Shown here piece after piece: positions 19,582 to 30,694 of a DNA stretch of 64,000 bases. Every line of letters begins with the position of its first letter. The stretch's first letter is position 1. Where the stretch lies: contig CAWBWI010000006.1 of NCBI GenBank assembly GCA_963792585.1, positions 384,001 through 448,000 on the forward strand, given 5' to 3'. Below the pieces are notes generated by a model. It worked only from the letters and a program-made list of their open reading frames with translations, ran no database searches and was not told the origin of the DNA. The translations under genes and the position numbers were made by a program. The DNA comes from Candidatus Eiseniibacteriota bacterium. Its GTDB lineage: Bacteria; Eisenbacteria; RBG-16-71-46; CAIMUX01; VGJL01.

Positions 19582-20853
19582 ATGCGAAGGAGAAACTGGG
19601 TCATCGCCGGAGTCGTGGTGGCGATCCTCGTCCTTGTCGCCGGGTTGGTGTTCAAGCCATTCGGTCGCAAGCAATCGGTGAGCTATCGTACGGAGGCTGC
19701 GCAACGGGGAGAGATCAACGTGCAGGTCTCCGCGACGGGCACGCTGAATGCCGTGACGACCGTCCAGGTCGGCAGTCAGGTGAGTGGCACGATCGCGGCC
19801 CTGAACGTCGACTTCAACGACCGCGTGAAGCGAGGGCAAGTTCTCGCACAGCTCGACCCGACGTTCCTGAAGGCCCAGGTCGCCCAGGCGGACGCCGATC
19901 TCGACCGCGCGCGCGTGGCGGTCAAGCAGGCGGATCGGGACTACGCGCGGCAGAAGCCGCTGCGGGAGCAAGGACTCGCCTCGCAGGCGGAGGTCGACGC
20001 GCTGGAGAGCACGCTCGACGCGGCGAAGGCATCGGAGAAGTCCGCGGAGGCGGCGCTCGAACGGGCGCAGACGAACATGCGTTACGCGACGATCACTTCC
20101 CCCATCGACGGGATCGTCGTCTCGCGCAACGTCGACGTGGGCCAGACCGTGGCCGCGTCCCTTTCGGCGCCGACGCTCTACACGATCGCCAACGACTTGA
20201 CACAGATGCAGCTCGAGGCATCGGTCGACGAGGCCGACATCGGGATGATCGTGACGGGCCAGAAGGTCAGCTTCACGGTCGACGCGTATCCCGACCGGAT
20301 GTTCCAGGGTGTCGTGCACCAGATCCGGCTTGCGCCGCAGACGATTCAGAACGTCGTCTCCTACACGGTGATCGTCCTGGTGGAGAATCCGGAACAGAAA
20401 CTGCTACCGGGCATGACCGCCAATGCGACCTTCCTCGTCGATCAGGCAACCGACGTGCTGAAGGTTTCCGTGGCGGCCTTGAAGTTCAAACCCGACCAGG
20501 GGACCCGGAGCGGGCCAAACAGGTCGGGAGCGCAGGCTGCCTCGGGGGCGGGCGCTCGGGCGGGTGCTCCGCCCTCCGGAGTCGGTTCCGGGGCCGGCGC
20601 GGGGCGCGCCTCGGCCGGCGCCGCGCAAGGCGGCCCCGCCGTCTTCGTCCTCGACCCATCCGGCAAGCCGAAGCGGATCCCCGTACGCACGGGGTTGAGC
20701 GACGGCACGTCTGTCGCGGTCTTCTCCGACTCGTTGAGCGAGGGGATGCCGGTCATCATTGGCTTCAACTCCGGCGCGGCCGGTGGGGCATCGCAGGGGA
20801 CGGTCAATCCGTTCATGCCGGGCGGAGGGATGGGGCGCGGTGGACGCCGCTAA
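19582..20853 (+). CDS. MacA-like periplasmic adaptor subunit
   Basis: VQVGSQVSG, ITSPIDG, GQTVAAS, VDEADIG, LLPGMTA. Confidence 0.93.
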   Translation: MRRRNWVIAGVVVAILVLVAGLVFKPFGRKQSVSYRTEAAQRGEINVQVSATGTLNAVTTVQVGSQVSGTIAALNVDFNDRVKRGQVLAQLDPTFLKAQVAQADADLDRARVAVKQADRDYARQKPLREQGLASQAEVDALESTLDAAKASEKSAEAALERAQTNMRYATITSPIDGIVVSRNVDVGQTVAASLSAPTLYTIANDLTQMQLEASVDEADIGMIVTGQKVSFTVDAYPDRMFQGVVHQIRLAPQTIQNVVSYTVIVLVENPEQKLLPGMTANATFLVDQATDVLKVSVAALKFKPDQGTRSGPNRSGAQAASGAGARAGAPPSGVGSGAGAGRASAGAAQGGPAVFVLDPSGKPKRIPVRTGLSDGTSVAVFSDSLSEGMPVIIGFNSGAAGGASQGTVNPFMPGGGMGRGGRR

Positions 20854-21571
20854 CCGTCCGGTGATCCGGGGCGCCGATCTCGTCAAGGTCTACGGCGAGG
20901 GCGATGGTCGCGTGGTGGCGCTGAAGGGTGTCGGAATCGAGGTACACCCCGGCGAGATGGTTGCGGTCATGGGCGCGTCCGGCAGCGGGAAGTCGACCCT
21001 GATGAACATTCTCGGCTGTCTCGACCGCCCGACGTCGGGCACCTACGAAATCGATGGCGAGGATGTCTCCGGGATGTCGCGCGACGAGCTGGCGACCATA
21101 CGGAATCGCAGGATCGGGTTCGTCTTCCAGAGTTTCAATCTACTCGCGCGGACGAGCGCCCTCGAGAACGTCGAGCTGCCGATGATCTACAGCTCCCTCG
21201 CGGGCGGGGCGATCGCGGACCGCGCGCGCGGCGCGCTGGCCCGCGTCGGCCTTGCGGATCGTGCACACCACGCACCGAACCAGCTCTCGGGAGGACAGCA
21301 ACAACGTGTCGCGATCGCGCGCGCCCTGGTCAACGAACCGTCGCTGCTTCTGGCCGACGAGCCGACGGGCAACCTCGACACGGCAACTTCGGAGGATGTG
21401 ATGCACGTCTTCCAGGAACTCAACGATGCCGGCATGACGATCCTCCTCATCACCCACGAATCGGACATCGCCCGCTTCGCGAAGCGGATCGATCCTGCTG
21501 CGCGACGGGCGCATCGTCGAGGACCGTCCGGTCACCGATCGGACACGGGCCGCGAAAGGAGCGGGTAGCCG

Positions 21572-21575
<4 letters not shown>
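20840..21575 (+). CDS. MacB/LolD-type ABC ATP-binding protein (frameshift near 21491)
   Basis: GASGSGKSTLMN, LSGGQQQRVAIARAL, DEPTGNLD; removing one base restores RIILLRDGRIVED and a stop overlapping the next ATG. Confidence 0.9.
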
Positions 21576-22793
<1,218 letters not shown>

Positions 22794-22850
22794 AAACCGG
22801 ACCCGCCGCCCCATTTGCGGAGCCGTTGCCGGCGAAATCGCCGACGGGGA

Positions 22851-23678
22851 TCACGCGCGCGCGGGGCGGCGACGCTTGAGAAACCAGTGCGTCGTCCGCG
22901 CGAACCCGTACCCCAGAAAGAGCAGCAGCGCGATGACGGCGCCGGATGGCAGGTCGAGCAGGTAGGAGACCGCCATCCCGGCAAGGACGGCGACGACCCC
23001 CACGATCAGGGAGACGATCTGCACACCGACAAATCGGCGGGAAACGAGGAGAGCGAGAGCCCCCGGCACGACCAGTAGGGCGGAAACGAGGATCGCGCCG
23101 ACGAGTTTCATCGCCGCGACGACGTTCATTGCGATCAGGGCGAAGAGAAGCATCCGCAGCGTTTCGACGTGTACACCCTCGACGTGCGCCAGATCCTCGT
23201 GGAAGGTCGCGGCCATCAGGGGCCGTGAGAGCGCGATCATGCAGATCACCGTGAGGGCGCCGATCACCCCGCTGAAGATCAGGTCGTTCGGCAGAACCGC
23301 GAGGATGTTCCCGAAGAGGAAGCTGAAGATGTCCTGGGTGTAGCGCTCGCGCAGGGAGAGACAGATGACGCCCACCGCCATCGAGGCGGCGACGAGCAAC
23401 CCGATTGCGCTGTCCTCCGACAGCTCCCCCTTGCGCGTCCAGAACGCGATGAAGACGGCCAGGATTCCCGCGAAGACGGCCCCCCCAAGCGTGAGCGGCA
23501 GTCCGAGTAGGATCGCCACCGCCGCCCCCCCGAACGCGGCGTGCGAGAGGCCGTGTCCGGCGAAAGCCATCCGGCGAAGGACCACGTACGGCGAGAGCAA
23601 TCCGCAAGAGATCGCGGTCAGCAGCCCGGCGAACAGCGCGCGGCGAAGGAAACCGAGGGCGATCCAGTCGTGCAGCAT
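22851..23678 (-). CDS. znuB: Zn/Mn ABC transporter permease (ZnuB-like)
   Basis: VVLRRMAFAGHGLSHAAFGG, FLFGNIL, VGAILVSALLVVP. Confidence 0.85.
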   Translation of the reverse strand: MLHDWIALGFLRRALFAGLLTAISCGLLSPYVVLRRMAFAGHGLSHAAFGGAAVAILLGLPLTLGGAVFAGILAVFIAFWTRKGELSEDSAIGLLVAASMAVGVICLSLRERYTQDIFSFLFGNILAVLPNDLIFSGVIGALTVICMIALSRPLMAATFHEDLAHVEGVHVETLRMLLFALIAMNVVAAMKLVGAILVSALLVVPGALALLVSRRFVGVQIVSLIVGVVAVLAGMAVSYLLDLPSGAVIALLLFLGYGFARTTHWFLKRRRPARA

Positions 23679-24397
23679 CAGTGCCGGTGCTCCAGGAAGA
23701 GCTTGTGCACGCCGTAGCTCTCGGCGAGTTTCCCCTCGTCCAGGTCCTTCGGAGATCCGCAGAAGTGGATCTTGTGCGCCAGACATGCAACCAGGTCGGC
23801 GTGGATCGATACGACGCTGAAGTCGTGGCTGACCATCAGGACCGTCAACTCGCGTTCCGCGCGGATCCGTTCGAGCACGTGCAGAAAAGCATCGAGGGAT
23901 CGGGCGTCGACCCCCAGAGTCGGCTCGTCGAGCAGGAGCAGTCGCGGGCGGCGAATCAGCGCGCGGGCGAGGAAGAGACGTTGCCGCTCACCCCCGCTCA
24001 GAGTGCCGGCGGGTTGGCGCTCGAGGTCCATGAGCCCGAGGTCTTCGAGGACGACGTCGATCCGCGCTCGTCCTTCCCGCCCCGCTCCCCGCGGCAGCCC
24101 CATCTCCACGACGTCGCGCACGCGCGCCGGAAACCGGAAATCGAAGGTCGGGGCCTGAGGCAGGTAGCCGATCTCCCGGCTCGTCCCGGGTGGCAGGCCG
24201 AGGACGCTGATACTTCCCGAGTCCGGTTTCTCGAGGCCGATCAGGGCGCGCAGGAGGGTCGTCTTGCCGCCGCCGTTGGGGCCTATGACCCCTAGGAATC
24301 GGCCGGCCTCGACCGTGAGGTCGATGCCGTCGAGGATCGAGACCCCGCCGCGCGAGAGGCGCAGGTCGCGGATCTCTACGGCCGATGCGGCGCGCAT
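23678..24397 (-). CDS. znuC: Zn/Mn ABC transporter ATPase (ZnuC-like)
   Basis: GPNGGGKTTL, LSGGERQR, LDEPT, VSHD; His-rich C-terminus. Confidence 0.85.
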   Translation of the reverse strand: MRAASAVEIRDLRLSRGGVSILDGIDLTVEAGRFLGVIGPNGGGKTTLLRALIGLEKPDSGSISVLGLPPGTSREIGYLPQAPTFDFRFPARVRDVVEMGLPRGAGREGRARIDVVLEDLGLMDLERQPAGTLSGGERQRLFLARALIRRPRLLLLDEPTLGVDARSLDAFLHVLERIRAERELTVLMVSHDFSVVSIHADLVACLAHKIHFCGSPKDLDEGKLAESYGVHKLFLEHRH

Positions 24398-24795
24398 CCC
24401 TGGCAAGTTCCGAAGAACTCGAGGCTGTGCCTCGCGACGTGAAAACCGTGCTCGCGCAGGGCGAGGTCCTCGAGGGGACCCACCTGGCAGGTGGCAAGCG
24501 ATTCGACCGCGCCACAGATCGTGCAGACGAGGTGGTGGTGGTGATTCCGGTCGGCGATCTCGTAGCGCGCGGTTCCGTCCCCGAGTTGAACCCGGTTGGC
24601 GAGCGAGGCGGCGACGAACCGCTCGAGCGTGCGATAGACGGTCGCGAGGTCAACGCTGTCCTCGCCGAGCTGGGCGCGCAATTCCCGTGCGGTCAACGGA
24701 CGCGGCGTGGCGCGCAAGGCTTCGATGATGCGCAGACGGCGCCGGGTGCGCCTCAGCGACCGATCGCGCAGGAGATCTCCGGCGGTCGCGCTCAC
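24376..24795 (-). CDS. Fur family regulator, probably Zur
   Basis: ATVYRTL, HHHHLVCTICG, C-terminal CxxC; located within the znu operon. Confidence 0.9.
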   Translation of the reverse strand: MSATAGDLLRDRSLRRTRRRLRIIEALRATPRPLTARELRAQLGEDSVDLATVYRTLERFVAASLANRVQLGDGTARYEIADRNHHHHLVCTICGAVESLATCQVGPLEDLALREHGFHVARHSLEFFGTCQGCAPHRP

Positions 24796-25658
24796 TTCTT
24801 GTCTCCAAGGGCCTTCACGAGAGAATCGACGATGGAGCGGACCAACTCCTCGTAGGTCATGTTGCCCGGGACCCCGCCGATCGCATCGATCTCGGCGACG
24901 GGCACCCCCGCCTCACGGGCGACGACTTCGGCCATCTGCGCCGAGAGCTGCGGCTCGGCGAATACGACGCGCGCATTCGTGCTCTGGATCGACGAGACGA
25001 CTTGCTTCAGGTACTTCGGCGACGGCTCGCGACCGGGAAACACCTCGATGATGGCGATCTGCGCGAGGTGATATCGGGCAACGAGGTGGTTCAGTCCCCC
25101 GTGATAGACGGCGAAAGGGACCTCGCGGATCGGTCCGAGGGTTTCGCGGCAGTAGAGGTCCAGCTGAGAGATCGTGTTCACGGCGGCAAGGGTTCCCTTG
25201 CCGATCGAGTCTGCTTCGGCGGGCCGGAGCGACTCCAGGTCCTTGCCGATGGCCCGGGCCATCACCGCCGCCTTCAGGGGATCCAGCCAGACGTGCGGGT
25301 CGCCCTCGGGGTCCTCGGGCCCCGTCGGCGGTTCTTCGAAGTGAATGCCCTGGGCGAGGCGCTCGATCCGCATCTTGGGATTCGCCCCGCGTGCGAGGTT
25401 CTCGGCCCACCCATCCAGGTCCCGGCCGACGACGAACAGGATCTCGGCCTTGGACAGGGCGCGAACCGCGTCGGGACCGGGCTCGTAGCCGTGCGGCGAA
25501 GCTCCGGGGGGCATCAGAACCTGCACCTGAACCCGTTCTCCCCCCACCATTCGAACGAGCGCCCCGATGGGCGGAATCGAAGTGGCGACCCGGATCGGCC
25601 GCCCGAAGGAGGAAACCGGCAGGAGACACAACAGAAAGAGCGCCAGAACTCGTGTCAT
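24792..25658 (-). CDS. znuA: Zn/Mn ABC transporter substrate-binding protein (ZnuA-like)
   Basis: PPGASPHGYEP, DPHVWLDP, YH, EPSP. Confidence 0.85.
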   Translation of the reverse strand: MTRVLALFLLCLLPVSSFGRPIRVATSIPPIGALVRMVGGERVQVQVLMPPGASPHGYEPGPDAVRALSKAEILFVVGRDLDGWAENLARGANPKMRIERLAQGIHFEEPPTGPEDPEGDPHVWLDPLKAAVMARAIGKDLESLRPAEADSIGKGTLAAVNTISQLDLYCRETLGPIREVPFAVYHGGLNHLVARYHLAQIAIIEVFPGREPSPKYLKQVVSSIQSTNARVVFAEPQLSAQMAEVVAREAGVPVAEIDAIGGVPGNMTYEELVRSIVDSLVKALGDKK

Positions 25659-25665
25659 GGAAAGC

Positions 25666-25694
25666 AGGTTACGGGTCCTGCAAATCGCTCGCAA
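25666..25694 (-). promoter_or_regulatory. Sigma70 promoter overlapped by a candidate Fur/Zur-type inverted repeat
   Basis: TTGCGA-N17-TAACCT, 7 nt before the ATG; imperfect palindrome TGCGA-N5-TTGCA. Confidence 0.5.
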
Positions 25695-25767
25695 GTCAAG
25701 AATCCAGAATCTGACGAGCGACGGGTTTTCCCGGGAACCGCTCCGGCGGCGCTGTGTATCATGCGCG

Positions 25768-25957
25768 TTGGTCGGATCCACCCGCGGATGCCGGCCCCCG
25801 ATTCTACGAACTGAGCTGGTCCACGCGGGATGCGTGCCAGATCCGGCTGGGAGCTGCACCAGTAGTTCTATGGCCAATCTGGCACCCCGGTGGCACTGGC
25901 TCATCCTTACCGCCCCGGAACGGGACCTCCATCCCGGTTCCGGGGCGGTCCTTCTTC
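25768..25957 (+). ncRNA. Candidate novel small RNA or attenuator leader (three hairpins)
   Basis: Hairpin 25770-25796; ~39-bp interrupted hairpin 25812-25903 rich in G-U pairs; terminator hairpin 25909-25949; TATCAT at 25757. Confidence 0.6.
25909..25957 (+). terminator. Intrinsic terminator-like hairpin
   Basis: 13-bp ACCGCCCCGGAAC/GTTCCGGGGCGGT followed by CCTTCTTC. Confidence 0.6.
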
Positions 25958-26005
25958 GCCCCCGCTCCCGGGATGGTATCCTGAGCCCGAACGGAGGAAG
26001 GCGCA

Positions 26006-28036
26006 TTGGTCCAGCAGCTCCGCCGACCGGCCCGCGAGGTCCGCGTCGGCGATCTCGTGATCGGGGGGCACTCCCCGATTCTGATCCAGTCGATGACGAC
26101 CGCCGACACGCTCGACACCGAAGCGGTCGTTGCCGAGATCGCGGGCGCTTGCGGCCGCAGGCTGTCCTCTGGTTCGCCTGACCGTCCCCCACGTCAAGGC
26201 GGCCGAGAATCTACCGGCGATTCGTGAAGGAATGCGCCGGCGGGGCATCGGCGTTCCCCTCGTCGCCGACATCCACTTCACACCCGACGCGGCTCTGGTC
26301 GCGGCCGACTTCGTCGAGAAGATCCGGATCAACCCCGGAAACTACGCCGACCGCAAGCGCTTCGCGGTGAGGGAATACACCGACGCGGAGTACGGGGACG
26401 AACTCGAGCGCATCCGCGAGACGCTTCGCCCCTCTCGTCCGCAAGCTCAAGGCGATGGACCGCGCCCTGCGCATCGGCACCAACCACGGATCGTTGAGCG
26501 ATCGGATCCTGAATCGCTACGGCGACACGCCGCTCGGAATGGTCGAGTCGGCGCTCGAGTTCGTCAGGATCTGCAGGGAGATGGACTATCAGCGGATCGT
26601 CCTATCGATGAAGTCCTCGGTTGCCTCCGTGATGATCGCGGCCAACCGCCTTCTCGTCCGCAGGATGGCCGAAGAAGGGATGGACTATCCGATCCACCTC
26701 GGCGTCACCGAAGCGGGTGGCGGCCTGGAGGGGCGCATCAAGAGCGCGATCGGAATCGGCGTCCTCCTGACCGAAGGGATCGGCGACACGATTCGTGTCT
26801 CGCTCACGGAGGATTCCGTCCACGAGATCGAGGCGTGCCGCGCCCTGCTTCGCGCGGCCGCACGGCAGGCCATTCAGGTCCCGGGGACGCAGGAAAGGAC
26901 CGTGAGCGATGCCGCCTGGATCGCGCCGTCTCTTCCTCCCGGAGAACGCCGCGTGACGCGATCGATCGCGATCGGAGGCCTTGTCTGCGGCGGAAGGGCT
27001 CCCGTGAGGGTGGAGGCGCGGCTCCAGTCGACCCCTTGGTCCGCCGGAGGGCCCGGCGCCGCGATCGAGGAGGCGCGCGCCCGCCTGCGGCCGTCCGATG
27101 TGGCGGCGCCGCGCGCCGTGGCCGAGATCCTGTCGGTCGAGGCGCCGCCCGGCGCGCGGATGGAATCCCTGATTCCTTTCGCGGAGACGGTGCGCGCCGC
27201 CGAGGCAACCGCGCCCCTGCTCGTCGAGTGGGATCTGCGGGCGCCGGGAGAGATCCACGCCCTCGAGCCGCTCCTGCAATTCATCGATGCGGTCGGCGCT
27301 CGTGTGCGGCCGGAGCGCTTGCCCCTGTTGGCCAGGCTCGTGAAACGGACGCGCAGGAGCTCTGAGGATCCGTGTCGACGCGGAAGAAGCGTCGCATTGC
27401 GGCGAGATGGCCTCGTGTTGCCTCGATGAAGGATGCGAGTCGGTTTGCTTTCTCGCCGTCGGTTCCGAGGCCGCGCGCCGCGCGATTGCGGCCCTCGATG
27501 CGGGCGAGCGCACGCGAGGGATTCCCGTGTTCGTCGAGTTGCCCGCGGGCGCGATGGATGCGGCGATCGCCGGAGGTCGCACCCTCATCGACGACGGCGG
27601 CGACGGGATCGTCCTCGCGGGCGAACCGTCCGAGCCGCTCATCGGTCCGTATGCGCCGATTCCAACGGATCCGACGGGTCTCGCGTTCACGATCCTCCAG
27701 GGATGCCGGCTTCGATTGACGCGCGCCGAGTTCATCGCGTGCCCTTCCTGCGGCCGCACGCAATTCGATCTGCAGTCGACGACCCGCCGGATCCAGGAGC
27801 GAACGACGCACCTGAGCGGTGTCAAGATCGCGATCATGGGATGCATCGTCAACGGCCCGGGCGAGATGGCCGACGCCGATTTCGGATACGTTGGGAGCGC
27901 GCCGGGACGGGTCGACCTCTACGTCGGCAAGACGCGCGTCAAGCAGACGGTTCCCGAGGGCGAAGCGCCGCAACGCCTCGTCGATCTCATCAAGGAGCAC
28001 GGAATGTGGGTGGATCCTCCGGGGCCGCGGGAATGA
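26006..28036 (+). CDS. ispG: HMBPP synthase, long form with central insertion (frameshifts near 26141, 26430, 27361)
   Basis: [65 protein letters not shown] across four frame segments. Confidence 0.92.
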
Positions 28037-29499
28037 CCGACCCTGAGAAACTCCGCTTCGTAGAACCCGACGGATCCAACCGCGAGGAGATCCGCAGGCT
28101 CGGTTATCGGTTCATCGACCTGATCGTCGAGGCGGAAGCGGACGCGGCGCACCGGCCCCCCGTTCCCGACGGCGCGGCCGGCACGGACGTCGTGACCACC
28201 CCATACCTTCCGTCGACTGAGGGACGCGATCCCGAGGAGCTGCTGCGGCTGTTGAAGAACGGGATCCTGAACCGGACCCTCAACCCGGCGCACCCCGGTT
28301 ACGTCGGTCACATGGATTCCCTCTCATCCGCGGTCGGGATCTTCTCGGATGCTGTCGTCTCCGCCTGCAACAACAACATGCTCTCGTACGAGATGTCGCT
28401 CGTCTTCACGCGGATGGAAGGAGCCGTGCTCGGCTGGGCAATGCGCCGGTTCGGGTGGGCCGACGGCGGGCGCGGGTTCCTCGTGAGCGGCGGGACCCTG
28501 GCGAACATCCAGGCGGTCTGGACGGCGCGCAACGCGGTTCTCGGCCCGGCCATCGCCGATGAGGGTCTGTCGGGATCCGGCGGACGTCCGGTCATCATCG
28601 CCTCCGAGCACGCCCACTACTCGTTCATCAAGGCGGCGAACCTCCTCGGTCTCGGACGCGCGGCCCTCCTGACGATCCCCGCGGAAGCGCGCGTCAACCC
28701 CCGCGACGTCGAAGAGATGATCCTGCGGGCAAAGCTCGCGGGGCTGCGCCCCTTCTGCCTCATCGGCGTGGCGGGAACGACCGTTACCGGCGCGATCGAG
28801 CCTCTCGAGGAGATGGCGGAGATCGCCGGCCGGCACGGGCTCTGGTTCCACGTCGACGGGGCCTACGGCGGCAGCCTTGTTCTCTCCGAGGCGCTGCGCG
28901 GCAAACTGCGCGGGATCGAGCGGGCCGATTCGATCACCTGGAACCCCCAGAAGTGGCTCTACGTCCCCAAGACCTGCGCCTCGATTCTGTTCCGGGACGG
29001 CGGGGTGCTCGACGCCACGATTCGCGAGCGCTTCGTCTATGGCCGCGAGGAGGCTAACGGCGGCCGGCCGAACCTCGGCGAGTACACGATCCAGGGAACG
29101 CGCCGCGTCGACGTCCTGAAGCTCTGGATGACTCTCGAGCACTTCGGGGTCGCCTTCCTTGCGGGTTTGATCGAGGAGCAGGTCGAGCGGGCGCGCTGGC
29201 TGGCGGACCGGATCGAGGAGCACCCGGACCTCGAGTTGGTGACGCGCCCCGACATGAACATCGTCTGTTTCCGCGTCGTCCCGCGCGGCATCGACGCATC
29301 GAACGTCGAGCTGCTCGACGCGCTGCAGACGACTGTTCAGCATGAGGTCGCGCGACGGGGGCATGGATGGCTCTCGATGCCGACCTATCGTGGCCGACGC
29401 GTGCTGCGGGCCGTGATCCTTCACCCGCGCTGCGATCGAGAAGTGCTGGGCCTGCTGCTTCAGGACGTCTTGGAGGCCTCTCGAGCCGCCACCTCGTAG
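28033..29499 (+). CDS. Group II PLP-dependent amino acid decarboxylase
   Basis: [41 protein letters not shown] (PLP Lys). Confidence 0.9.
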   Translation: MTDPEKLRFVEPDGSNREEIRRLGYRFIDLIVEAEADAAHRPPVPDGAAGTDVVTTPYLPSTEGRDPEELLRLLKNGILNRTLNPAHPGYVGHMDSLSSAVGIFSDAVVSACNNNMLSYEMSLVFTRMEGAVLGWAMRRFGWADGGRGFLVSGGTLANIQAVWTARNAVLGPAIADEGLSGSGGRPVIIASEHAHYSFIKAANLLGLGRAALLTIPAEARVNPRDVEEMILRAKLAGLRPFCLIGVAGTTVTGAIEPLEEMAEIAGRHGLWFHVDGAYGGSLVLSEALRGKLRGIERADSITWNPQKWLYVPKTCASILFRDGGVLDATIRERFVYGREEANGGRPNLGEYTIQGTRRVDVLKLWMTLEHFGVAFLAGLIEEQVERARWLADRIEEHPDLELVTRPDMNIVCFRVVPRGIDASNVELLDALQTTVQHEVARRGHGWLSMPTYRGRRVLRAVILHPRCDREVLGLLLQDVLEASRAATS

Positions 29500-30005
29500 A
29501 TCGCGAGATCGTGGTCGTTGAAGAGGACGAAGCGGACGCGCTCGAGGCCCACCCCGGGGTCCGCGAGGAAACTCAGGACGCTCGCGAGCGCGACACGGGC
29601 GGCATCCCGGATCGGGTAGCCGTACGCGCCCGTAGAGATCGAGGGGAAGGCGATGGACCGCGCCCCCTTTCCGCGCGCGGCCTCGAGCGAGGCGCGGTAG
29701 GCGGACGCGAGCAGCTCCGCCTCGTGAGATCCACCTCCCCGCCACACCGGCCCCACTGCGTGGATGACCCATCGCGCGTGGAGATCGCCACCGGTCGTGG
29801 CCACCGCCGATCCGGTCGGGCAACCGCCCAGCGCGCTGCATTCCTCCATGATCCGCGGCCCACCCGCCCGATGGATCGCGCCGTCGACGCCGCCGCCGCC
29901 CGCGAGACGGCTGTTCGCCGCGTTGACGATCGCGTCCACTTCCTGCTGCGTGATGTCGCCGCGGACGAACTCGATCAGGGCCGCGCCGACGCGGATTTCG
30001 CTCAT
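29460..30005 (-). CDS. Macro domain protein (O-acetyl-ADP-ribose deacetylase, YmdB-like)
   Basis: [41 protein letters not shown]. Confidence 0.95.
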   Translation of the reverse strand: MSEIRVGAALIEFVRGDITQQEVDAIVNAANSRLAGGGGVDGAIHRAGGPRIMEECSALGGCPTGSAVATTGGDLHARWVIHAVGPVWRGGGSHEAELLASAYRASLEAARGKGARSIAFPSISTGAYGYPIRDAARVALASVLSFLADPGVGLERVRFVLFNDHDLAIYEVAAREASKTS

Positions 30006-30012
30006 GCGTGGC

Positions 30013-30390
30013 CTATCCGCGCCGTTCCTTCGGCTCCTTGATCAGTTGGTTCAGGACGAAGGAGATGATCGTCATCACGATTGCGCCCAGCACGGCGGGG
30101 CCGAAGCCGGTCACGACGAATCCGTGGATGACCTTCGATGTCGCCCAGATGAGCAGTCCGTTCAGGACGAAGATGAACAAACCCAGGGTCAGAATCGTGA
30201 TCGGAAGGGTGAGGAAAATCAGGATCGGCCGGACGATCGCGTTCAGAATACCGAGGACCAGGGCGGCGAGACCGAGAGCGATCGCGCGGTCCGTCGTCGT
30301 CGCTCCCAGGATGTCGATCCCGCGGATGATCGCGGCGGTGAACCCGAGCGCGAAGAAGCTCACGATGAACTTGATCAGGAATCGGGGCAT
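30013..30390 (-). CDS. YvlD-like four-TM 'phage holin family' membrane protein
   Basis: [24 protein letters not shown] signature; RBS AGGAGG. Confidence 0.85.
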   Translation of the reverse strand: MPRFLIKFIVSFFALGFTAAIIRGIDILGATTTDRAIALGLAALVLGILNAIVRPILIFLTLPITILTLGLFIFVLNGLLIWATSKVIHGFVVTGFGPAVLGAIVMTIISFVLNQLIKEPKERRG

Positions 30391-30694
30391 CTTGGCCTCC
30401 TTTCGTCGAAACGATTCGAGATGGAGCAAGAGTATCCTCGCGAGGGACGGTGTCGAAAGCGAATCCTTCGACGGCGGGAGGACACTTGGGGCATCTGCGG
30501 ACTGCCGTCCCTTGCGCGCGCCATCGATCCAGACGGACCGTCGTCCTTGATGCGTCCAATAGAGCTATTCCGCTTGATATCTGACACCCAGCGGCTACGA
30601 TTTCCTATTGCTGCGCAAGGTGGCAGTGCATCCGTAAGGGCGCAAGTGTCCTGACCTACCGTGCCTGTCGGCCGCAGATACGTGGAGGCTTGCC

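Noticed and set aside
25812..25903. SRP RNA or retron msr-msd
   Set aside because: No GNRA apical loop or CAGG/AGCAG SRP motif, and no reverse transcriptase nearby
29460..30005. Macro domain as a DarG antitoxin or defence gene
   Set aside because: Stand-alone YmdB-like sequence with no DarT or other toxin neighbour
30013..30390. Prophage implied by the holin-family gene
   Set aside because: YvlD-like proteins are common chromosomal membrane proteins, and there are no other phage genes
30610..30650. Sigma54 promoter or direct-repeat operator (GCGCAAG twice)
   Set aside because: TGGCA is not followed by TTGC at the required spacing, and a 7-mer repeat is too weak at this GC content
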